From: a virus | Lineage: Duplodnaviria > Heunggongvirae > Uroviricota > Caudoviricetes | Length of the DNA: 37,720 bases | Virus record (IMG/VR): IMGVR_UViG_3300012943_000001 | Location: 167,743-205,462 of that record | Reading direction: 5' to 3' (one strand) | Shown: one piece after another, positions 8,101 through 14,309 of the stretch | Layout of the letters: each line of letters begins with the position of its first letter | Position numbering within the stretch: position 1 is the first letter of the stretch | Translations under genes and position numbers: made by a program | Notes under the pieces: model-generated | What the model was told of the DNA's origin: nothing | Databases searched by the model: none | The model's input: only the letters and a program-made list of their open reading frames with translations

Positions 8101-8405
8101 TGATATACTCTAGAAGAAAAACAATCGCTCGAATCATTTACTTGCTGAATAGTCCGACTTTTCTATTCATGTCTCAAGGCTTCGCGTTTCGAGGAAAAAG
8201 ACTTCGAATCCGCTATGTAAATCGCAAGGCGAGCCACACAGAGTTGAATAAGCTTGACACCACGACTCTTCGCCTTCTTCATGACTGCATGATTATAACT
8301 GAGTCCATAGCTCCTAATCTCAAAAGAACTTTAGGCAACAACGTCTCAAAAAGAGGATACGAATGGAACGTCCCATTTACTCCTCGCAACCGCTTTTCAA
8401 AGTGA
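8100..8405 (+). CDS. Hypothetical protein
   Basis: TAATG coupling to the upstream gene. Confidence 0.55.
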   Translation: MIYSRRKTIARIIYLLNSPTFLFMSQGFAFRGKRLRIRYVNRKASHTELNKLDTTTLRLLHDCMIITESIAPNLKRTLGNNVSKRGYEWNVPFTPRNRFSK

Positions 8406-9205
8406 GTAACATTCTTTCAGGTAAATCTATCGAACTCCTCTGTGAATTTCACGGAGGCTCGCATCTTTACGGGCTCAATACGCCTGCCAGCGACATCGAC
8501 GTTCGAGGCGTGTACGCAAATACGGACTACACGTCCATCCTTGGTACGAAACGCTTTGACGAAGAGCGTAGGCAAACGGCGAGCATCCAAGAGGATATCG
8601 TCTACAAAGAGGTGAGTCACTTTATCCGTCTTCTTAAACAGTCGAATACGGAGGCGTTGGAAATTCTTTTTGCGTCTGAGTCTGCGTTCTCTATACTCTC
8701 CGACTCCATGAAGTTGATTCGTTCCTACCACGAGTCTCTTGTCGATTCTGAGCGTCTATACAAATGCCTTTGCGGATATATGCAGGGCGAGTATCGTCTT
8801 GCTATTGGAGAACGTAAAGGCCAGATTGGCGGCAAACGCTACGAGTCTGTACAGAAGTACGGGTTTAGTCCGAAAAACTTTACGCAGCTCTTCCGCCTCG
8901 CCTATGCAGGCCAGATGTTCTTTGAGCAAAATCGCTTCCCAGTTAACATTAAAGAAGAAAAAGACCCTGACATTTGGAACGCTTTGATGAATATCAAAAC
9001 GAAGCCAGAACTCTTCACGAAAGACGAGCTTACGCTTAAATATGCTGAGGCTGAGTTGGCCCTTGAACAGGCTTACGAAAACCGCGTCGTAGAGCGTAAG
9101 TTTGATGAAGACAAAGCGAATGAGCTTCTATTTGATGTCTATATGCCGCACCTCGTCAATGGCTATCAGGAAGCGTTGTCGAAGCGAATTAAGAGTCGCG
9201 AATGA
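8402..9205 (+). CDS. Pol-beta superfamily nucleotidyltransferase (RlaP / RNA-repair-associated type)
   Basis: GGSHLYGLNTPASDIDVRGVY, NTEALEILF, YGFSPKNFTQLFRL; GTG 8402 coupled to the upstream stop. Confidence 0.8.
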   Translation: MSNILSGKSIELLCEFHGGSHLYGLNTPASDIDVRGVYANTDYTSILGTKRFDEERRQTASIQEDIVYKEVSHFIRLLKQSNTEALEILFASESAFSILSDSMKLIRSYHESLVDSERLYKCLCGYMQGEYRLAIGERKGQIGGKRYESVQKYGFSPKNFTQLFRLAYAGQMFFEQNRFPVNIKEEKDPDIWNALMNIKTKPELFTKDELTLKYAEAELALEQAYENRVVERKFDEDKANELLFDVYMPHLVNGYQEALSKRIKSRE

Positions 9206-9474
9206 ATTGGTTCATTACCATTCTCCATAGGGAGGGTGCGGACATCACACGCACCTTCTTTATTGATAAGATTGAGGCTCAAAAGGCGTGGCACAAAATC
9301 ATAGCGGAAAAGAAAGGATATAAGAGCGAAACCTACAAGATTTGGTCAAAGAAGATGGTGACTGAATGGGGAGTAACGCTTATACAGAATCAGGATAGTT
9401 CAAGCGTGTATGCTATCGAACTTTGGGACCGCTCCCTATGGTCAAAAGATGCACCAGAAACAATTTCCGGTTAA
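9202..9474 (+). CDS. Hypothetical protein
   Basis: ATGA-coupled ORF. Confidence 0.6.
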   Translation: MNWFITILHREGADITRTFFIDKIEAQKAWHKIIAEKKGYKSETYKIWSKKMVTEWGVTLIQNQDSSSVYAIELWDRSLWSKDAPETISG

Positions 9475-9658
9475 CAATCCGAACCGTCTGTGGCCGTACC
9501 AAGCTAACCCTTGACTGCCCGCCCAAGAAAATAACAGAGTGGCACAAAGCGAAGGTCCAAACTGAGTGAGTAAGCCGCTAGTAATAAAAGGATTACATTT
9601 TCTTCGAAAAGGTCTTGACTTTCAGAAACCAGCAGTCATTGTCCATCTCGTAAGTTAT

Positions 9659-9674
9659 CGTTCTTTCAAAATTT
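9659..9674 (+). promoter_or_regulatory. boxA-like antitermination motif
   Basis: CGTTCTTTCAAAATTT between promoter TTGACT(9615) and a structured RNA. Confidence 0.55.
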
Positions 9675-9976
9675 TGTTCGTTGCTGGTAGGTAGGATTAA
9701 TAGTGTCCATCCTTTAATAAGTCGCCAGTGGAATGAGTTAAAAGCGTCAGCTACTTCGATTCGGGTAAAAGCGATAGCCCGACGTAAATCCACACGGGAA
9801 GGAAGTAAAGGGAGGCTCATGCTCGGCATGAGAGGTGCCCTCGAACGCAGTATACGCGGTATGATAAAGGGGTGAAGCCCTTCATCCAAGTCATGGGGAG
9901 ATACGCAAAGTCCCTAGAAACAAAGCGGCGTATGACCGAAAGAGCGTTTAGTGTCTAAACAAGCCAGCAGCGAACA
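9675..9976 (+). ncRNA. Unassigned ~300-nt structured RNA
   Basis: 13-bp terminal helix TGTTCGTTGCTGG/CCAGCAGCGAACA; internal hairpins; flanked by promoter and boxA upstream and a new promoter downstream. Confidence 0.65.
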
Positions 9977-10038
9977 GATTTTTTCGAAAAGTTCTTGACG
10001 AACGCAAAAGAGTCTGTATTATAGTTCGTATAGTTAGT

Positions 10039-10054
10039 TGTTCTTTAATAATTT
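10039..10054 (+). promoter_or_regulatory. boxA-like motif
   Basis: TGTTCTTTAATAATTT after promoter TTGACG(9995)-N16-TATTAT, immediately before the tRNA-like cluster. Confidence 0.6.
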
Positions 10055-10055
10055 C

Positions 10056-10168
10056 GGGGAAGTAGCTCAGAGGTGGCGAGACGCAAGTCTTGTAGACTAG
10101 AGTCAAATCTAGGTAGAGCGAGCGATAACTTCGCTAGGTCGGTGGTTCGAATCCATCCTTCCCCACCA
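10056..10168 (+). tRNA. Non-canonical tRNA with expanded D-loop and 5-nt anticodon loop
   Basis: Acceptor GGGGAAG/CTTCCCC-A-CCA, D-stem GCTC/GAGC enclosing two extra hairpins, arm AGCGA-TAACT-TCGCT, T-arm GGTGG-TTCGAAT-CCATC. Confidence 0.8.
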
Positions 10169-10174
10169 ATTTAT

Positions 10175-10246
10175 GCCGCGTCGTCTAAGCACTAGGACGC
10201 CACCTTACCCGGTGGAAATGCAGATTCGTAACCTGCTGCGGCACCA
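10175..10246 (+). tRNA. Degenerate tRNA with 6-nt anticodon loop
   Basis: GCCGCG/TGCGGC-A-CCA, D-stem GTCT/GGAC, arm CCACC-TTACCC-GGTGG, T-loop TTCGTAA. Confidence 0.65.
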
Positions 10247-10249
10247 ATT

Positions 10250-10335
10250 TAGCGGTCGTCTAATATAGGACACTTGAGGCGTAAAAAGCATCAAGGAATG
10301 CAGGTAGCCACGCCCGGTTACTTCGCCCGCTAGCA
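10250..10335 (+). other. Highly degenerate tRNA-like element
   Basis: TAGCGG/CCGCTA, D-arm GTCT-AATATA-GGAC, arm CTTGA...TCAAG; no TTC T-loop; ends GCA. Confidence 0.4.
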
Positions 10336-10389
10336 AATTTTGCAGACGTATTCTGCAAGTCGGGGTAGGTAAGCCTGAGAGTCTATCTG

Positions 10390-10565
10390 GGCTCCCCGTC
10401 TCTATACATCAGTACGAAGTAGACTTCAGCTTCGTAAAGTTGATTGAGGTGAGGCGAAAAACCGAATTTTGTTCTTTGTTAGATTATACGACTCTCTAGG
10501 AAAACGTTAATCCGCTTGGCTCGCAAGGCTAAGAGAACTCTGTTCAATTCGGAGGGGAGCCTCCA
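10390..10565 (+). tRNA. tRNA-Cys(GCA)-like RNA with ~100-nt expansion replacing the D-arm
   Basis: Acceptor GGCTCCC/GGGAGCC-T-CCA; arm TTGGC-TCGCAAG-GCTAA; T-arm CTCTG-TTCAATT-CGGAG; 119 nt between acceptor and anticodon arm. Confidence 0.65.
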
Positions 10566-10804
10566 ATTTTGTGAGCGGTCAGTAGGCCACTGACGCAGCA
10601 AATCGGGTCAAACCGTAGCTCACAGAACAAGCCAGTGTTCGCATATCGACTATAAGCTGATATTGACCCCGCAAAGGCGATATTAAGACAGGGTGAATAA
10701 TAAGTCGCTCCTACGTATACTAAAGAGAAATGCGGCTCCCGCCCGCTATGCGAATCCAATTTCCAATCCAATATATGAAAACTGAAATGTAGCAATGTCG
10801 CGAG

Positions 10805-11032
10805 GTGGTCTTCCACTTCAATAAGTTTAGCATAGTCGATACTACGGTCCCGCCGTGGGTCATTAAAGCAAAGGGTCAAACCTTCTATGTTAAACATGTT
10901 GAATGTTGTGCCGCTTGGTCAACAAAGGAAACACCAGACAACCCTCATACAAAGGGTAGCCTCAAGTTCAAAAACGTAGACCTCCGTATAGAAGATGAGG
11001 TCGCATACATCACGCAAGCCACCCCACCATGA
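10805..11032 (+). CDS. Hypothetical phage protein (possible upstream extension to ATG 10775 through TAG)
   Basis: ORF track; FHFNK...STKETPDNPHTKGSLKFK. Confidence 0.7.
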   Translation: MVFHFNKFSIVDTTVPPWVIKAKGQTFYVKHVECCAAWSTKETPDNPHTKGSLKFKNVDLRIEDEVAYITQATPP

Positions 11033-11250
11033 TTTTCTTTTTGACAGTTATCTATGTCCTAGCTAGTCTAGGAATTGCTTTTTTGCTTGTAGACCTGCAT
11101 TTTTTTCTCGCCGACCCTAGCTCGGCTAAGGTGGTATGGACACTTATCCTGTTCTTTCTTTTTTGGCCGCTTATCTTTGTGTGGTTTGGGCTTATTGTCA
11201 TCAAAGATTTGCTGGCAGAGTTCTTTAACAATCTCAAAAGTAAATCTTGA
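11029..11250 (+). CDS. Small membrane protein
   Basis: Two hydrophobic stretches; ATGA coupling. Confidence 0.65.
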   Translation: MIFFLTVIYVLASLGIAFLLVDLHFFLADPSSAKVVWTLILFFLFWPLIFVWFGLIVIKDLLAEFFNNLKSKS

Positions 11251-11283
11251 CTTTCCATTCGTGGCGTATCAATCTCGCCTCAT

Positions 11284-11359
11284 GCTTGGGTAGCTCAATG
11301 GCAGAGCAGGCGTCTCTAAAACGCGTCGGTTGTGGGTTCGACTCCCACCCCTTGCACCA
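11284..11359 (+). tRNA. Amber suppressor tRNA (anticodon CTA)
   Basis: Acceptor GCTTGGG/CCCTTGC (two U-U), D-arm GCTC/GAGC, arm GGCGT-CTCTAAA-ACGCG, T-loop TTCGACT, A73, CCA; own promoter TTGACT(11247)-N17-CAATCT. Confidence 0.88.
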
Positions 11360-11450
11360 CTTAGGTTCGACATTTTCTTACCGTTTTGGCCGTAACCTTA
11401 ATACGGGGCGATAAACGGAACAGGTTGGAGCGTTCCAGTAAATACGCTCT

Positions 11451-11465
11451 TGTTCTTTAACATTT
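11451..11465 (+). promoter_or_regulatory. boxA-like motif preceded by a boxB-like hairpin
   Basis: TGTTCTTTAACATTT (E. coli rrn boxA is TGCTCTTTAACA), directly after hairpin GAGCGT...ACGCTC. Confidence 0.65.
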
Positions 11466-11590
11466 GGGCGGACTTAGCGGTTCGCCTTCCCTACTCTGGT
11501 ATCAGCAATGGTGTCGGGCTCACAGAGAGTAATCACAGCCTTCCCGAAGGTCGTAACGCTCGGGTGGACTATGAAGTAGGGAGAATTTAT

Positions 11591-11723
11591 TGGAGAGTAT
11601 GGGGTAACGTCATCCCCACCCGCGTGGGAGCGGGAGAAGGTAATACTACTAGCGTTATGGGTCTAATTAACCTACCCGCAGGAATAACTTTAGCTGTAGG
11701 TTTAAGTCCTACCTCTCTGACCA
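11591..11723 (+). tRNA. tRNA-Pro(GGG)-like RNA with 6-nt anticodon loop and 61-nt variable region
   Basis: Acceptor TGGAGAG/CTCTCTG-A-CCA; D-arm TGGGG/CCCCA; arm CCCGC-GTGGGA-GCGGG; T-arm GTAGG-TTTAAGT-CCTAC. Confidence 0.65.
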
Positions 11724-11859
11724 TTTTAGGCTCCGCGAAATGCATCTAGTGGAGCCTGTCTGTTGTAGTATGCCGGGGTAATCTGTATAGTTCCCGCTTA
11801 GTCGCACGTCATTGCAGAAGACCATTGCGAGCCGCAGACGAATTTCTTTTATTACGTAC

Positions 11860-11928
11860 AGGTATGTAGTCTAATGGTAAAACACGAGGCTATTTCCGAG
11901 TATCTTGGTTCGAATCCAAGCGTACCAG
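11860..11928 (+). pseudogene. tRNA-like element lacking a proper anticodon arm
   Basis: GGTATG/CGTACC, D-loop AATGGTAA, intact T-arm CTTGG-TTCGAAT-CCAAG; no 5-bp anticodon stem. Confidence 0.55.
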
Positions 11929-11939
11929 TGCGTAAGTTT

Positions 11940-12030
11940 ATAAAGAGGGCTCAGACCAACTGAGTTGTAAGCTCGAATCAGTAAAACGGACATGAGCAGG
12001 TTCGTTCTGGACGCAAGTCCGCCTCTTTAT
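11940..12030 (+). ncRNA. Small structured RNA candidate
   Basis: Closing helix ATAAAGAGG/CCTCTTTAT; hairpins CTCAG/CTGAG and GGAC-GCAA-GTCC. Confidence 0.45.
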
Positions 12031-12032
12031 TA

Positions 12033-12517
12033 AAATCCCTTTTGACTTAGTGGAGGAACATACCTCTATGAAGATGGGCGAAATACTGCCTTCCTAAACC
12101 TCCGATTGTTGTTGTAGTGGCAGCGAAGATGCAGATTCGTATCGACTGTCGTTGGTCTTGAGGTCGATGGGTTATACTCGCTCATAGAACGACTCCATAG
12201 AAAGAGCGGCCTCGCGAACCGCAGCCTCTATGCAGTTCAAGAGGAGATTGGCTATAACTTAAGCCGCGATGAGTGGCCCACTTTAACTTTCCGTTCTTTT
12301 CATTTTCCCGGTCTTAAATACCTTAGCATTCGTCGTGCTATTTGTCGAGTAGACCATCCGTCCCGCGTTAGCTCAGGGTAACGCAACTATTCTTTCTGTC
12401 TGCAATCCTACGTAACGGTTCAGGTTGTGGAGTTAGGACAGGGGATTTGATGGTGAAAGAGGAGCCCACCCTACAGGGCCATTCAGTGAGATGACCAACT
12501 CAACACGTAGGGCGGGA
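12033..12517 (+). ncRNA. Long structured non-coding region (one or more RNAs)
   Basis: No credible + strand ORF; many helices (GGAGG/CCTCC, ATCGAC/GTCGAT, TAGCA/TGCTA, GCGTTA/TAACGC, AAATCCCTT/AGGGGATTT); internal boxA-like motif at 12292. Confidence 0.45.
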
Positions 12518-12518
12518 A

Positions 12519-12896
12519 TTATTTTTCTAAGAAGTGTATTTCTCTATGGCAATTAGAGCACACGAGGATACATTTCTTTATCTCTTTGAGACCTTTATTC
12601 AAGCTATCAAAGAATGGAGTAGGGTCTTTTTCTTCAGGGTTTACATGATGAAAGTCTAAAGAGGCAACGCATTTATCATACCCACACTTCACGCACTTTC
12701 CTCCAGCCGCTTTAACGAGTTCTCTTTTGATACTGTTACGGCGAGCTTGTCTAGTCTCGTTCTTTTTAAGTCTATATTTCTCTTCCCTGTGGTATAGAAC
12801 AGTGCTCATAGATACGTTGAGAGCGTCGCTTATTTGTCTATTTGTTTTACCGTCGTTTATAAGTGTGGTAATCTTTTCTTTTATAGTTGACTCCAT
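12519..12896 (-). CDS. HNH endonuclease with N-terminal HTH
   Basis: GKTNRQISDALNVSMSTVLYH HTH; GGKCVKCGY, LDFHHVNP, LVCSNCHREIH. Confidence 0.9.
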   Translation of the reverse strand: MESTIKEKITTLINDGKTNRQISDALNVSMSTVLYHREEKYRLKKNETRQARRNSIKRELVKAAGGKCVKCGYDKCVASLDFHHVNPEEKDPTPFFDSLNKGLKEIKKCILVCSNCHREIHFLEK

Positions 12897-13059
12897 GTCT
12901 TAGTTACACACTAAGGGAGCCATCGGGAAGTTCCTTTCGATTTTCCTTAGCAGGTCAGGGATTAAGGGCTAATTAGTTTGCTCCGTTGCGTTTGCAACCC
13001 AGCTTACTTTTTAGCCCTTTTTTCTTGACAAAACGGAAGACGCGTGCATCGTAAGAGAC

Positions 13060-13239
13060 ATGAAACGAACCACCTACATGTTTGCCCATCCCGAATCCGA
13101 AATCGGGCGTCTCTACCGCCACGCGGAACAAGGAACTGATGGCGACGGACACCCCGATTGGAAGCTGATAGCTATTAACCAAATCGGTCTTTACGTCCTC
13201 AAACGCAAGAACTGGCTAGAAAAACTTTTCCGTCTATAA
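13060..13239 (+). CDS. Hypothetical protein, 59 aa (not in ORF track)
   Basis: MKRTTYMFAHPESEIGRLY...WLEKLFRL; ATG 35 nt from TTGACA(13025). Confidence 0.65.
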   Translation: MKRTTYMFAHPESEIGRLYRHAEQGTDGDGHPDWKLIAINQIGLYVLKRKNWLEKLFRL

Positions 13240-13240
13240 C

Positions 13241-13543
13241 ATGAGTTTCGACAAATACGCCACTCACGCCTCTTCCGTAGCTAAGGCCGCATCCGCATCG
13301 CCCAAACCAATCACAACCCAGCTCCACGCCACCACCCTTACCATTGGCGAGAACTTTGCAGTTCGTATTGGCGACGGCTACACTGTCATCTCCGATGTTG
13401 TTAAAGTGGACGGAAAGCCCGCTACAGGGCCTAACTCGTACCAAATCAAAACCGCAAAGCTTGACGAGCTGATTCGAACAATAGTTTGTGCGGAGACCGC
13501 GTTCAAAGCGGCCAAGACTCTTGAAGAAGGATTCCCTAAGTGA
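13241..13543 (+). CDS. Hypothetical protein
   Basis: Co-oriented ORF. Confidence 0.65.
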   Translation: MSFDKYATHASSVAKAASASPKPITTQLHATTLTIGENFAVRIGDGYTVISDVVKVDGKPATGPNSYQIKTAKLDELIRTIVCAETAFKAAKTLEEGFPK

Positions 13544-13800
13544 TTCCGTTCGGTCGTTGCACCCTAGTTGAATCTGGCAAAAGAATTCTTCAATGCCGTT
13601 GCGATGGTTCGACCTTAGTTCTCACTCTGCCCGCTCCCTTCCCCGGCTCGTTCTGTCAATACTGCGACCTGACTAAGTATAAAAATGAAAAATCTATACA
13701 GACGCTTTCTACTCTTCCTCTGGGTTCTCAAGACGGACAAGTTGGAACTAGTTCATATAGTGATAGCTCTCAGCCTTCGTCAGGCGAACGGACGCAGTAA
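13540..13800 (+). CDS. Hypothetical protein with Cys pairs
   Basis: GTGA coupling; CRC and CQYC; 3' part overlaps the next ORF. Confidence 0.4.
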   Translation: MIPFGRCTLVESGKRILQCRCDGSTLVLTLPAPFPGSFCQYCDLTKYKNEKSIQTLSTLPLGSQDGQVGTSSYSDSSQPSSGERTQ

Positions 13801-13879
13801 TATCAAACCGTATAACGATGCCAAGCAGCTCGTAGAAACAATTCCATACGTAAACTCATACGCCAAACTGCACGATTAA
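13685..13879 (+). CDS. Hypothetical protein
   Basis: A-rich leader; ends 1 nt before the next ATG. Confidence 0.5.
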   Translation: MKNLYRRFLLFLWVLKTDKLELVHIVIALSLRQANGRSNIKPYNDAKQLVETIPYVNSYAKLHD

Positions 13880-13880
13880 A

Positions 13881-14309
13881 ATGAAAACGGTAAAAATTCC
13901 TTTCACTTACGCTCGCGTTCCCAATGGTGAACCTCTGAAGTTTGGAGACCTGTACGATTGGAATGGAAGTTGGCTTCCCGTTACGATTGGTAACGAGACA
14001 GACCATTTGGCGGTCGAACCTTACGTCTACATTCGTTTGAAGCAAGACCTTGTGTCTTGTATCATGCGGGGTCTTATTCGGGCATTTGTTTGGTGCCTCA
14101 GCTTTCGCTTCGTGGAGATTCCGCTCAGGACTCTCATGATGACGTGCATTCTTATGACGAGCACTATGTTTTTCATTGGCCTAATAAGCCTAGTCAATGG
14201 AGACTCTGTAGAGCGGGTTCAGCAAATGCTATCAGTAACTCCTCGGACCATCGCCTTGTTTGTTCTCCTGCTTATCCCGGGCTATATCTCTCAAAGAAAT
14301 CTTGTATGA
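13881..14309 (+). CDS. Hypothetical membrane protein
   Basis: C-terminal hydrophobic helices. Confidence 0.6.
   Translation: MKTVKIPFTYARVPNGEPLKFGDLYDWNGSWLPVTIGNETDHLAVEPYVYIRLKQDLVSCIMRGLIRAFVWCLSFRFVEIPLRTLMMTCILMTSTMFFIGLISLVNGDSVERVQQMLSVTPRTIALFVLLLIPGYISQRNLV

Noticed and set aside
9476-9600. Additional ncRNA after gene 9202-9474
   Set aside because: Only a 5-bp AATCC/GGATT closure; not distinguishable from chance
9790-9812. SRP RNA-like GGAAGGAAG motif
   Set aside because: The required upstream CAGG..CC strand and the domain IV symmetric loop are absent
9681-9875. 64-aa + strand ORF (and minus ORF 9593-9889)
   Set aside because: TTG start within a 13-bp helix of the structured RNA; no protein motif
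11450-11749. 99-aa + strand ORF
   Set aside because: TTG start lies inside a boxA motif and the ORF runs through a tRNA-shaped RNA with CCA; no protein motif
10390-12517. tmRNA (one- or two-piece)
   Set aside because: No acceptor with the G3-U70 alanine determinant and no convincing resume codon/tag ending in LAA; a model search is still worthwhile
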